DNA from: Patescibacteria group bacterium
Lineage (GTDB): Bacteria > Patescibacteriota > Patescibacteriia > Patescibacteriales > JBAZCA01
Assembly: GCA_041661405.1 (NCBI GenBank)
Contig: JBAZUL010000004.1
Span: 15,309-79,308, forward strand
Direction of reading: 5' to 3'
Length of the DNA: 64,000 bases
Made by a program: the position numbers and the translations under genes. How positions within the stretch are numbered: the stretch's first letter is position 1; the number at the start of each line of letters is the position of its first letter. Of the stretch, positions 35,516 through 45,356 are shown piece after piece. Below the pieces are notes generated by a model. It was not told the DNA's origin and ran no database searches. It saw nothing but the letters and a program-made list of their open reading frames with translations.

Positions 35516-37495
35516 CTATTTTACCCCATACTTAAACACGTAATCCTGTCCGTTGCAAAAGGCCTTAAAAGAATCAGCCGAGAGTTTAGCCTCGTCTAAA
35601 ACTTTGGGAAATTCAAACCAGTATTTGTTTAAGACAAAATAGCCGGTTTTAACGTCCGCCAGGTTCATGGCCTTATTTATCCTTACGGCCGTCGGCTTAT
35701 CGTAAACCATGGCTAAATAATACTGGTAAAGCGCGCCGCCGGTCGGAATCGGGTAATTAAAAATTTCTTCGCCGGTTTTCGTTTTTACGTAATTAGTAAA
35801 GCCGAATTCGTAAAGAGCCCCGGCCGAAACCTGCTGGTTGGCAAGGACAATATATTTTTCTCCGGCCGCGTCCGCGTTAATCCACTTTATCGCTTCTAAA
35901 TCACAGGCTCCGGTTGAATAGCCCCGGGAATTAAAATAAGCGTCATAGCGCGGGTAAGAAATATAGAGCGAGGCAATGATAAGAACCGCGAAAAATATCA
36001 GGTTGGAATAAAGGACAAGTCCCGCGGAAGTGGTGATTTTTTTGACATACCAGCCAAAGATTAGAAAAATGAACGGTAGGAGAAACATGAAAGAAAGAAA
36101 TAAAATCCGGTCCGAATAAGCTGAGCGTTCGTAATTTATAAGAAAGCTGAAAGAAAGGGCTTCGGTCAAAAGATAGGAAAAAAAGAGCGAGATTGCCATG
36201 AAAAAATATGCCTGGTATTTTTTAAATCGCTTTTGGTAAATCGCGAAACCGATCCCGGTTAGCGCGATAAGCAGAAAAATTTTTGCTCCGTTTTGGGTGA
36301 TCAAATAGGCAAAATTAAGAAAAATGTTCTCGCGGTTGGGAAAGCTTAAAAAAAGATTAGCCGCGATTGAAGTAAAAATTTCCGAAAGACCGGCAAGGGG
36401 GGTTTCGCGCGGCCCGGCGGTCTGCTTTTCAAAAATATAAAAAGCGGCCGGGAGCGACAAAGCGGACGAGGAGTAAATTAAGAGATAGATATATTTTCTA
36501 AACAACGGCATTAAAATTTTTAATTTTTGCCCGTCTTTCGCGAGATACGCGTGAAGCAGACCAGCCAATGAAAAAAATATGAGCGGCAGACCGGCCAGCG
36601 GATGGATTATAAAGGCGGCCAGCGATAAAAGAAGGAGAAGGAAAAAATCCGCCGGTTTTTTCGCCCGAAGCCCGAGGAGAATGACGATGAGGGCAATAAG
36701 GAAAGCCAGGTTCTGCGGCGTGGTTTGGATTAAAAAAGAAAAGGGAAAGATCAGAAGCAGAGCCGCGGAAAAAACCGGGTTTTCATGGCCTTCGGAGCGG
36801 AAAGTTTTTACGGCCAGGGCGGGTAAGACAAGGGCGGCGAGCGCCGGAACCAGGAAAGTATTTATCCAGCCAAGCGGAATGAAAAATAGTTTATGGAGAA
36901 TTATGGCCAGTCCGTAATAGCCTGAGTAGTAGATGGTTTTCGGCGCGATAAAGCCGGCCGCGCCAATCACTTTCAGGGCGGCGGCGTGGATGAAAGGATC
37001 AAACCCGTAGCCTATTTTGTAAATTATGACGGCGACAGCGAATGAAAGGAAAAAGTGAAAGAAAATAAGTATTATGTATTTTGTATTATGTATTTTGTAT
37101 TTGAAAAATTGAGAAGTCAAGTATATAAGTAATAACGAGGCGAGAAAATAAAATACGAAAAAGTAAGCCGGTATAACCTGCCAGGGCGAGATTATGGCCT
37201 GATTCGTGCGGCTAATAAATAAAGAATAGAAAGCCATTCCCGAAAAGATTAAATAGAGGCTGGCCGGTAAAATGGCTGTGAGCCAGTTTTTCAGGCTGAT
37301 TTTTTTTTCAGCCGGTTCATACAAAGCCGCGAGTTTTTCTTCCCCGAGGACAAAATAGGGAAGAAACTTCCAGCCAAAAGCAATAGTAATGGCGGCGCTA
37401 AGAAAGATTCCGATAGAATCAAGCCGGTAAAAATAATAAACCAGTCCGCTGGAAAGCGATAAAATTGAGACAAAAGCCAGGACTATGTTTAGCAT
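35516..37495 (-). CDS. Polytopic membrane protein with C-terminal soluble domain (possible GT-C-like, unassigned)
   Basis: 659 aa with more than 12 hydrophobic segments. No motif recognised. It contains an exact 14-nt tandem duplication at 37070-37097. Confidence 0.6.
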   Translation of the reverse strand: MLNIVLAFVSILSLSSGLVYYFYRLDSIGIFLSAAITIAFGWKFLPYFVLGEEKLAALYEPAEKKISLKNWLTAILPASLYLIFSGMAFYSLFISRTNQAIISPWQVIPAYFFVFYFLASLLLIYLTSQFFKYKIHNTKYIILIFFHFFLSFAVAVIIYKIGYGFDPFIHAAALKVIGAAGFIAPKTIYYSGYYGLAIILHKLFFIPLGWINTFLVPALAALVLPALAVKTFRSEGHENPVFSAALLLIFPFSFLIQTTPQNLAFLIALIVILLGLRAKKPADFFLLLLLSLAAFIIHPLAGLPLIFFSLAGLLHAYLAKDGQKLKILMPLFRKYIYLLIYSSSALSLPAAFYIFEKQTAGPRETPLAGLSEIFTSIAANLFLSFPNRENIFLNFAYLITQNGAKIFLLIALTGIGFAIYQKRFKKYQAYFFMAISLFFSYLLTEALSFSFLINYERSAYSDRILFLSFMFLLPFIFLIFGWYVKKITTSAGLVLYSNLIFFAVLIIASLYISYPRYDAYFNSRGYSTGACDLEAIKWINADAAGEKYIVLANQQVSAGALYEFGFTNYVKTKTGEEIFNYPIPTGGALYQYYLAMVYDKPTAVRINKAMNLADVKTGYFVLNKYWFEFPKVLDEAKLSADSFKAFCNGQDYVFKYGVK

Positions 37496-37597
37496 AAAGA
37501 TTTGCTAAAATTAGTATAAAATGATAAAATAGTTTTGTCCGCGAGCTGGCGGACAATATTGGAATTTTATCAGTAAAGTTGGTGATTTTTAAGGGTT

Positions 37598-39511
37598 ATG
37601 AAATATAAGCTAGGGAACGGAATAATACTTCTTGCTTTGGCCGTCGGTTTTTTTATTTCCACTGGCGCCTACATCCATCTCTCTCAAAAAGGGGGCTTTT
37701 TAAAATGGGGGTCGCCGGATGAAACCGCCAATTATTATTTTTCCCGCCTTTACGCCCGGGAAGGGAAGTTGTCGGTTTTTGAAAAATATAACCCAAGAGC
37801 CGGGGAAATAATTCATCCCCGGAGTTTCCGGAGCGATTCAGGCGAGCTAAAACCGGTGAGCTTCCTCGGCCTGCCTTTAGTTTACGGCATAATCGGCTCC
37901 TTTACAACCGAAAAAATCATCGGCTATCTTACCCCGTTTTTCGCGGCAATCGGGATAATTTATTATTACTTTTTTTTAAAAATATTTTTTTCCTGCCGCG
38001 TTGCCCTGCTTTCAGCCTCTATTCTTTCGGTTTTTCCGGTGTATTTTTATTACAGCGCCCGGAGCATGTTCCATAATGTTTTATTCATGGTGTTTTTAAT
38101 TGTCGGCTCATATTACGCCGTAATTTCCGTTATTTCGAAAAATACGAAAGGCGCGAAAGAAAACGAAAGGCGCGAAGAGACCAGGGAGGAAAAAAATAAA
38201 ACCGGCAATGGCGCTGAAAAAAATGAAAGGCGCGAAGCGGAAAAGGCGGAAATCGCCGATAACGCTAATAGCGAAGAGCCGAAAATCAAGAAAGGGATTT
38301 GGCCTCTGGTTAAAGGATTGATTTTTGCCGCTTTGGGCGGGCTTTTTATCGGCCTGGCAATTGCCGTCCGGTCTTCGGAACTTTTATGGCTCGGTCCGGC
38401 GCTGTTTATCGCCTGGGCGTTAAACTTTTGGCGTTTCGGATTGGCGCGGCTGGTTATTTTTATATCATTTTTCGCTTTGGCTCTGCTCCCGGTATTTTAC
38501 TGGAACAATATTCTTTACGGTTCGCCGACGAGCGGCGGCTATCCGGCCATGAATGAATCAATCGTCGCTGTAGCCGGGGGCGGCAAAGATTTCGTTAAAT
38601 CAATTCCTGGCCTGGCGAGCGGGGGAACAGGACGAGTCAGAGAGCTCGCCATGACAATTGAAAAAGCTATTTTCAGCTTTGGAATTAATGTTCCCCGGTC
38701 AATAAAAATTTTCCAGCTTTATTTCATAAAAATGTTTTACTGGATTTTTTGGCCAGCGCTCGCGGGCTTACTGCTTTTTGTTCTCAATTTTAAGAAATTT
38801 AAGAAAAAGCATTTTATCTATATCCTTACTTGGATTTTTTTCTCGGCAATATTGGTTTTATATTACGGAAGCTGGGAATTTTACGATAATCCGGATAAAA
38901 ACGCCGCGACCATCGGCAATTCCTACACCCGCTACTGGCTGCCGGTTTATCTCGGCGCCATTCCGTTCGCTTCATACCTGATTTTTAAAATTATTGATTT
39001 ACCAGCGCTGTTAACAGGCCTTTTGGGGAGAATCCATATTTTTAAATCATTAATAGAAGATACCCGGCGGCTCCAAAAAATTTTTCAGGGCTTCCTTTTG
39101 GGACTCGTGATTCTGTCGCTCTTTTACGTGAGCGCTAATTTCACATTGTTCGGCTCGGAAGAGGGTCTCGCGTTCTCTTATTACAAGGGAGTTGCCGCCA
39201 GGCTGGAATACGAAAAAGTCCTCGGACTTACGGAAGCTAACGCGGTAATTCTTACCCGCTACCACGACAAGATATTTTTTCCCGAAAGAAAGGTAATAGT
39301 CGGACTGTTTGACGACCCAAACATGATCGCCGCTTACGCCCGCGTCGCTGAAAATCTTCCCCTGTATTATTATAATTTTACTTACCCGGAGTCCACTGTT
39401 AATTACCTTAATAGCGGCCCTTTGGGAAAAGTGAATTTGAAAATGGAAAAAGTAGAAATGATCACTGATGATTTTACTTTATACAGGTTCAAGCTTACAA
39501 ATCAGAAATAA
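37598..39511 (+). CDS. Polytopic membrane protein, GT39/ArnT-like glycosyltransferase candidate
   Basis: The N-terminal loop GSPDETANYYFSRLYAREGKL...HPRSF...FLGLPLVYG resembles PMT_2/ArnT-family first loops. Multiple TM segments. A charged repeat insert lies at 38143-38240. Confidence 0.5.
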   Translation: MKYKLGNGIILLALAVGFFISTGAYIHLSQKGGFLKWGSPDETANYYFSRLYAREGKLSVFEKYNPRAGEIIHPRSFRSDSGELKPVSFLGLPLVYGIIGSFTTEKIIGYLTPFFAAIGIIYYYFFLKIFFSCRVALLSASILSVFPVYFYYSARSMFHNVLFMVFLIVGSYYAVISVISKNTKGAKENERREETREEKNKTGNGAEKNERREAEKAEIADNANSEEPKIKKGIWPLVKGLIFAALGGLFIGLAIAVRSSELLWLGPALFIAWALNFWRFGLARLVIFISFFALALLPVFYWNNILYGSPTSGGYPAMNESIVAVAGGGKDFVKSIPGLASGGTGRVRELAMTIEKAIFSFGINVPRSIKIFQLYFIKMFYWIFWPALAGLLLFVLNFKKFKKKHFIYILTWIFFSAILVLYYGSWEFYDNPDKNAATIGNSYTRYWLPVYLGAIPFASYLIFKIIDLPALLTGLLGRIHIFKSLIEDTRRLQKIFQGFLLGLVILSLFYVSANFTLFGSEEGLAFSYYKGVAARLEYEKVLGLTEANAVILTRYHDKIFFPERKVIVGLFDDPNMIAAYARVAENLPLYYYNFTYPESTVNYLNSGPLGKVNLKMEKVEMITDDFTLYRFKLTNQK

Positions 39512-39527
39512 TATTCCAGAACATACT

Positions 39528-40475
39528 ATGCGAAGAATATTTTTAAAAATAAAAGAAAAGTTGGGCGCGGCTTTTTATTTAAAGCCGCAAGAATACGCGG
39601 TTAGCTATAGCGTTCGGCTGAATAATCTGTCCGCCGAGTCAAATATGATTACTTTGGTTTTACCGGTGCCGGAAAATTTAAGCAATCAGAAAATTTTAAA
39701 AGCTCCGGAATTCGATATCAAGCCGGACGATTTTGGAATTGAAAAGGAGTACGGCAATAATTACGCGGCCTGGAAGTTCGCGATGCAAGCCGGTGAAGAA
39801 AAAGAAATCAAGATGGATTTTTCCGTTAATGTCAAACCGCTTACATCTGAGCCGAAAAAAAAGTTTGGCATTAACGATTATGCCGGAGATGAAATTTATA
39901 AGCTTTATACCCGGCCGAACAGCCTGATCCATCCGGAGGACGAAAAAATAAAAAGCCTGGCTAAAAAAATAAGAGGGACTCAGGATGATGTAAAAGAAAT
40001 TTTGGCGGCCATAAACGCGTACGTTGTATTCAACCTGAAATATGGCGCTCCGATTAAGGGGCTTTATTCGGATATTGACGCTTTGGAAAAGGATGAAGTG
40101 GATTGCGGCGGTTTTGCCGCGCTTTACTCGTCATTGGCGATAGCCTCCGGCGTCCCATCGCGCGTAGTATCCGGTTTTTGGGCCGGTTATGAAAATAATA
40201 CCATGCACGCCTGGGCAGAGTCGCTTATGCCTGATAAAACCTGGCTTTCGGCTGATCCGGCTACCGAACAGCTTCGTAGAAATGGCCGGACGAAAAAATT
40301 CGGTCGGCTGGGTAAAACCGGAAGCGACCGGATTATTTTATCCAAAGGCTGTGATTTGGAATTGGTTGTCGGTGATGATATGATAAAAACAGAGATTCTG
40401 CAGAATCCGATCGTGATTGCGGAAAAGGGGAGAGAATCAATAGAGTGTTTATGGGAATTTAAAACATTATCATGA
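39528..40475 (+). CDS. Transglutaminase-like (Cys-His-Asp) domain protein
   Basis: DCGGFAALYSSLAIASGVPSRVVSGFW...MHAWAE...WLSADP. The ATG at 39528 is preferred, since the ORF-track start at 39468 overlaps the upstream gene. Confidence 0.7.
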   Translation: MRRIFLKIKEKLGAAFYLKPQEYAVSYSVRLNNLSAESNMITLVLPVPENLSNQKILKAPEFDIKPDDFGIEKEYGNNYAAWKFAMQAGEEKEIKMDFSVNVKPLTSEPKKKFGINDYAGDEIYKLYTRPNSLIHPEDEKIKSLAKKIRGTQDDVKEILAAINAYVVFNLKYGAPIKGLYSDIDALEKDEVDCGGFAALYSSLAIASGVPSRVVSGFWAGYENNTMHAWAESLMPDKTWLSADPATEQLRRNGRTKKFGRLGKTGSDRIILSKGCDLELVVGDDMIKTEILQNPIVIAEKGRESIECLWEFKTLS

Positions 40476-40482
40476 TAAATTT

Positions 40483-41292
40483 ATGCGGGAGGGAAACAAT
40501 CAAATCATAATCTACAATAGTGAAGACGGAGAAACTAAGATTGAGGTCAAGATGGAGAATGAGACAGTTTGGCTTAGCCAGAAACAGATGGCCGAGCTTT
40601 TTGATAAAGATGTCAAAACTGTCAATGAGCACATAAAAAATGTGTTTTTTGAGGGAGAATTAGCGGAAAATTCAGTTATCCGGAAATTCCGGATAACTGC
40701 TTCGGACGGGAAAAGTTATGAAACGATGTTTTATAATCTTGACGTTATTATATCTGTCGGTTACCGCGTTAAATCGCATCGCGGCACGCAATTCCGCATC
40801 TGGGCGACGCAAAAATTGCGGGAGTATATAATTAAAGGGTTTGCTATGGACGACGAGCGATTAGCCGGTGGCGGAATAAAGAAGACTTATTTTAATGAAT
40901 GGGAAGAACGGATCAGGAAAATCCGTACTTCGGAAGCTAATTTTTACCAGAAAGTCAGGGACGTATTCGCGACCAGCGTTGACTATAATCCGAAGCTAGA
41001 TTACGCCAGGCGATTCTTCGCGACAGTGCAGAATAAATTCCATTACGCGATTACTGGTTTGACGGCGGCCGAAATTGTCAGCAATCGGATTGATAGCCAA
41101 AAAGAAAATATGGGATTAACGAACTGGAAAGGGGAAATTATTGTCCGCGAGCAGGCGGAAATCGCCAAGAATTACCTTAAAGAGCTGGAACTGAAAAGAC
41201 TGAATTTATTGGTTGAGCAATTTTTATCTTTTGCTGAATTGCAAAGCGTGGAGCAGAGAGTGATGTATATGAAAGACTGGAAAATAAAATAG
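40483..41292 (+). CDS. RhuM-family protein, apparently C-terminally truncated
   Basis: WLSQKQMAELFDKDVKTVNEHIKNVF...YNLDVIISVGYRVKSHRGTQFRIWAT is typical of RhuM. The ORF stops right after MYMKDWKIK, where family members (from memory) continue for roughly 50-60 more residues. Confidence 0.65.
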   Translation: MREGNNQIIIYNSEDGETKIEVKMENETVWLSQKQMAELFDKDVKTVNEHIKNVFFEGELAENSVIRKFRITASDGKSYETMFYNLDVIISVGYRVKSHRGTQFRIWATQKLREYIIKGFAMDDERLAGGGIKKTYFNEWEERIRKIRTSEANFYQKVRDVFATSVDYNPKLDYARRFFATVQNKFHYAITGLTAAEIVSNRIDSQKENMGLTNWKGEIIVREQAEIAKNYLKELELKRLNLLVEQFLSFAELQSVEQRVMYMKDWKIK

Positions 41293-41314
41293 TCCAACTC
41301 TAACAGATAATTTT

Positions 41315-41650
41315 ATGCAATTTTTAGTTATTGGTAAAGACGGAAAAGATAAAAATGCCATGAAGAGAAGAATGTCTTCAAGAGAAGCGCATATTAAATT
41401 CGGGGACGAAATGGAAGCTTTAGGTAATAGATGGTATGGTTGTGTAATGCTGGATGACAATAGTAAAATGATTGGATCTATGGCGGTAATGGATTTTCCC
41501 ACGGAGAGAGAGTTTAAAAAATGGTTAAAAAAAGAGCCGTATGTTACTGGTAAGGCATGGAAAAAGATTGAAGTTTTTAAGTGTAATGTTAAAAGGCCTT
41601 GGAAATTCAATAGGCCTGAATCATTTTTTGAAAATAGAAATAAAGTATGA
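41315..41650 (+). CDS. YciI-like protein
   Basis: MQFLVIGKDGKD...RREAHIKFGDEM...GSMAVMDFPTEREFKKWLKKEPYV matches the YCII fold pattern. The stop overlaps the next start (ATGA). Confidence 0.65.
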   Translation: MQFLVIGKDGKDKNAMKRRMSSREAHIKFGDEMEALGNRWYGCVMLDDNSKMIGSMAVMDFPTEREFKKWLKKEPYVTGKAWKKIEVFKCNVKRPWKFNRPESFFENRNKV

Positions 41651-42891
41651 TCTTTACCGGATTTTCGCCAAATTTAACAGGAAGGGACGCGCTTAAAGCT
41701 TTGGGCTGGCTTTTTTTGCCATGGAACTGGAAAAAGCTGGCCAAAGGCGGAAACGTGGAAAAAGCGGAAAGAGAATTGGAAAAATATTTTGGCGTAAAAA
41801 ATGCCCTGGCTTTTGACAGCGGGCGGACAGCCTTGTATTTTGCTTTGAAGGCGCTGGATGTGAAACAAGGCGACGAAGTCTTGGTTCAGGCGTTTACCTG
41901 TGTGGTCGTGGCGAACGCCATAAGATGGACGAGAGCCAAACCGGTGTATGTTGACGCAAGGGATGACTTTAATATGGATCCGGAAGATCTCCAAAAGAAA
42001 ATTTCACCTAAAGCCAAAGTTATAATTATTCAACACACTTTTGGTTTGCCGGCGGACATGGAAAAAATTATGGCTTTGGCGGATAAATATGGCTTGCGCG
42101 TGGTTGAAGACTGCGCTCATAGCTTTGGGGCAAGACATGGCGGGCGGTTAACCGGAACCATCGGCGATATCGGCATGTTTTCTTTCGGTAGCGACAAAAT
42201 TTTATCCTGCGGCCGGGGTGGGGCGCTCATAACCGACAACGCGGAACTTTATCAAAAGCTAAAACAATATCAGTCCGGACTGGAACCGCTCACAGGGAAA
42301 GACATAACCCGGCATCTTTTGCATTTTCCGGTTTTTTATATCGGCAAACCTTTATATGGGTTATTTATCGGCAAAGCTGTATTGTGGCTTGCGAAAAAAA
42401 TGTATTTCGTGAACCGGATTATCACACAGAAGGAAAAAACTGGCGAAAAAGATGAATTATTCGGTCGGCTTTTGCCGAACGCATTGGCCGGCATATTGCT
42501 CGGCCAGCTTAAAGATGTTGACAGTATGAATAAACAAAGAAGAAAGACCGCCGCTTTGTATGACACTGAAATTTCGGAAAAGATTGAAAGACCGCTCGTT
42601 AAAGCCGCGAATAAGGATGAATGCGTTTATCTGCGTTATCCGATTTTAACTGACCGGCCGAAAGAATTGATGAAGGACGCGAAAAGGCATAAAATAATTC
42701 TAGGGGACTGGTATGATTCGGTTATCGCGCCGCGGGATTTAAGAATGGATAAGACCGGATATGAAAAGGGTAGCTGTCCAAGAGCCGAATTACTGTCAGA
42801 GCGAATCGTAAATTTACCTACTGACAGGAATGTGAACGAGAAAAAAGCGCGGAGAGTGGCGGAAGTTGTTAATAGATGGGTTAATGGGTGA
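41647..42891 (+). CDS. DegT/DnrJ/EryC1/StrS-family PLP aminotransferase
   Basis: FDSGRTALYFALKAL, VVEDCAHSFGA and FSFGSDKILSCGRGGALIT (PLP lysine). Confidence 0.8.
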   Translation: MIFTGFSPNLTGRDALKALGWLFLPWNWKKLAKGGNVEKAERELEKYFGVKNALAFDSGRTALYFALKALDVKQGDEVLVQAFTCVVVANAIRWTRAKPVYVDARDDFNMDPEDLQKKISPKAKVIIIQHTFGLPADMEKIMALADKYGLRVVEDCAHSFGARHGGRLTGTIGDIGMFSFGSDKILSCGRGGALITDNAELYQKLKQYQSGLEPLTGKDITRHLLHFPVFYIGKPLYGLFIGKAVLWLAKKMYFVNRIITQKEKTGEKDELFGRLLPNALAGILLGQLKDVDSMNKQRRKTAALYDTEISEKIERPLVKAANKDECVYLRYPILTDRPKELMKDAKRHKIILGDWYDSVIAPRDLRMDKTGYEKGSCPRAELLSERIVNLPTDRNVNEKKARRVAEVVNRWVNG

Positions 42892-42926
42892 GTATTTTGG
42901 TATTCGTTTTTACATTAATTGAATTC

Positions 42927-43994
42927 ATGCCTATAAAAATAAAACCAATCACTGACGAAAAATCCTGGCAAGATTTTGAGAAGATTCGCGCGCCGCATAC
43001 TTTTCTGCAAACCTGGGAATGGGGAGCCGCGCAGGAGCTTCTTGGCAATAAAATTTTTCGGCTGGGGATTTACGGCAACGGCAAAATTCAGGGAACCGCT
43101 TTTGCTTATAAAATCAGCGCCCGGCGGGGATCGTTTTTGTTCTGTCCGCACGGCCCGTCAATTGACTGGAAATGCTCTGAATTTCCGCAAAATACGAAAA
43201 AAACAAAATACGAAAATTTTGATAATTTTCGGGCGCTGGCCGGTTATTTGCGCGAACTGGGAAAAAGCGAGAGAGTGGGATTCGTTCGGATTAGTTCGCT
43301 GGCTCCGGATAATGATGACATGAAAAAACTTTTTCGGGATTCCGGTTTTATTTCGGCGCCGGTTCATATGATGCATCCGGAAAACGCCTGGATCCTTGAT
43401 ATTGACCGGCCGGAAGAAGAAATAATCGGCGCCATGAAAAAAAGAACCCGCTATTCAATCCGCAAAGCGGAAAAAGACGGCATAAAAATTACGACATCAG
43501 CCAATCCGGCCGACGTGAGGCTATTTTATGAAATGTATCTTGAAACCGCCAGACGGCAGAAATTCGTCCCGTTTTCGGAGAGCTATATCCGGCGCGAATT
43601 TGAAATATTCCGGAAAAATAATAAAGCCCTGATGTTTTTTGCTTATTTTAAAGGGAAACTCATTTCCGCGGCTGTAATTATTTTTTCTTCTAAAATGGCT
43701 TTTTATCATCACGGCGCTTCAATCCGGTCGGATAATTCCGGCCTCACGGCCTCGGAATTACTGCAATGGAACGTCATCCTTGAAGCCCGGCACCGGGGAC
43801 TCGCTAGCTATAATTTTTGGGGCATCGCGCCGGAGAATTGCCCGAAACATCCTTGGCACGGTTTGACAACTTTTAAAAAAGGTTTTGGAGGACATCCGGA
43901 AAATTATCTGCACGCCCAAGACCTTGTAATTTCGCCGAAATATTGGTTAAATTACATAGTGGAAACGGTAAGACGGTGGAAGAGGGGATATTAG
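42927..43994 (+). CDS. FemAB/FemX-family aminoacyl-tRNA-dependent peptidyl/aminoacyl transferase
   Basis: FLQTWEWGAAQE, MKKRTRYSIRKAEKDGI, YHHGAS, LQWNVILEARHRG..YNFWGI and TTFKKGFGG motifs. The ATG at 42927 is preferred over the GTG at 42888. Confidence 0.8.
   Translation: MPIKIKPITDEKSWQDFEKIRAPHTFLQTWEWGAAQELLGNKIFRLGIYGNGKIQGTAFAYKISARRGSFLFCPHGPSIDWKCSEFPQNTKKTKYENFDNFRALAGYLRELGKSERVGFVRISSLAPDNDDMKKLFRDSGFISAPVHMMHPENAWILDIDRPEEEIIGAMKKRTRYSIRKAEKDGIKITTSANPADVRLFYEMYLETARRQKFVPFSESYIRREFEIFRKNNKALMFFAYFKGKLISAAVIIFSSKMAFYHHGASIRSDNSGLTASELLQWNVILEARHRGLASYNFWGIAPENCPKHPWHGLTTFKKGFGGHPENYLHAQDLVISPKYWLNYIVETVRRWKRGY
43188..43218 (+). repeat. 16-nt-period AAAATACGAAAA word repeat translated inside femX-like CDS
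   Basis: CAAAATACGAAAAAAACAAAATACGAAAATT differs at 1 of 31 nt from the intergenic 51560-51590. Here it encodes QNTKKTKYENF. Confidence 0.9.
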
Positions 43995-44074
43995 TTGATT
44001 AGTTGATTGGTTAATTAGGAAAAATATATTAACCAACCAACTAATTAACTAATCAACCAATTAACCAATTAACT
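43991..44074 (+). repeat. TTAGTTGATTAG word hairpin spanning the femX-like stop to the next ATG
   Basis: The left arm TTAGTTGATTAGTTGATTGGTTAATTAGG contains the TAG stop (43992-43994). The right arm is TTAACCAACCAACTAATTAACTAATCAACC. Confidence 0.85.
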
Positions 44075-45289
44075 ATGTTTGAGCGAACAAAAGATCTAAA
44101 ACTCTCGGTAATCAAGCAGATGGAATTAAAGGCGGCGAAAATCCCCGACGTGATATCACTCGCTCAGGGCGTGCCGAGCTTTGACACTCCGCAGTTCATA
44201 AAAAGGCGGGTGGAAAAAGAATTGAAAAATCAGGTAATTTCAAAATATTCGCTCTCGCCCGGGATGATGGAACTGCGGGAGCTTTTTGAGGCGCATCTGG
44301 CTAAGGAAAACATGCATTACGACTGGGAAACGGAGATTCTTGTTACGGTCGGAGCGATTGAAGCGCTAACCGCGACTATCCTGGCGCTTACCATGCCCGG
44401 CGATGAAATTCTCGTTCCTGAGCCGGCTTATACTTCCTATCGCGAAGTGATTACCCTTGCCGGATGCAATCCGGTTTACGCGCCGTTAAACGAAGAAAAA
44501 GACTGGGGGCTTGAGATGGCTGAAATTGAAAATGCCATCACCCCGAAAACCAAAGCCATAATCTATTCCAACCCTTCCAATCCGACCGGGACGATTTTCT
44601 CCAAATCTCAACTTTTAGAACTCGTGGAATTCGTAAAAAAACACGATATTTTCCTTATTACCGACGAGCTTTACAAGGATTTTGTTTTTGATCCTTCCTA
44701 CCTTGAAAACGGCCGGCTCTTTTCGGTCGCCGAGATTCCTGAGATCCGGGAAAAGGTAATCCGAATTTTTAGCCTCTCAAAATTATTCGCCATGACTGGC
44801 TGGCGGGTCGGCTTTCTCCATAGCGACGCCAAAAACGTCAAGGAGATTTTAAAAGTCCATGACTGCCTTGTTACTTGCGCGCCGGTAATTTCCCAGGTCG
44901 CGGCTATGGGCGCACTTGAGGGTTGCGAGGAAAATATTACTAATTTTAACGTTGAATTCCAGAAACGTCGGGATCTGATCTGCGCGCGACTTGATAAGCT
45001 CGCCAAATATTTCAGTTACGCCAAGCCTCAGGGAGCCTATTATATTTTCCCGAAAATTAAACCTGAGGCTTTTCCAAAAATGAAAAAGGCCGTAAATTCA
45101 AAAGGCGCGGAAGTGATTGATTCATGGGAATTTTGCGTTGATCTCCTGGAAAAAGCCAAAGTCGGCACTGTTCCCGGGTTTGCTTTTGGGCCATCAGGCG
45201 AAGGGCATTTCCGAATGAATTTTGCCAAGAGCGAGGAAAACATCAATGACGCTTTTGACCGGATAGAAAAATACTGTGAGAATCAATAA
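44075..45289 (+). CDS. Class I/II PLP aminotransferase (aspartate/aromatic-type)
   Basis: LAQGVPSFDTP, NPSNPTG, and SLSKLFAMTGWRVGF (SxSK lysine). Confidence 0.8.
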   Translation: MFERTKDLKLSVIKQMELKAAKIPDVISLAQGVPSFDTPQFIKRRVEKELKNQVISKYSLSPGMMELRELFEAHLAKENMHYDWETEILVTVGAIEALTATILALTMPGDEILVPEPAYTSYREVITLAGCNPVYAPLNEEKDWGLEMAEIENAITPKTKAIIYSNPSNPTGTIFSKSQLLELVEFVKKHDIFLITDELYKDFVFDPSYLENGRLFSVAEIPEIREKVIRIFSLSKLFAMTGWRVGFLHSDAKNVKEILKVHDCLVTCAPVISQVAAMGALEGCEENITNFNVEFQKRRDLICARLDKLAKYFSYAKPQGAYYIFPKIKPEAFPKMKKAVNSKGAEVIDSWEFCVDLLEKAKVGTVPGFAFGPSGEGHFRMNFAKSEENINDAFDRIEKYCENQ

Positions 45290-45350
45290 ATCAATCTACA
45301 ATTTGCAACGGCTTATTAATTGATAATTGTAGATTGAAGATTGACTTATT
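45290..45350 (+). repeat. TCAATCTACAATT word hairpin directly after the stop
   Basis: TCAATCTACAATT pairs perfectly with AATTGTAGATTGA. The right side continues AGATTGA as in 25990-26010. Confidence 0.85.
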
Positions 45351-45356
45351 GATCCA

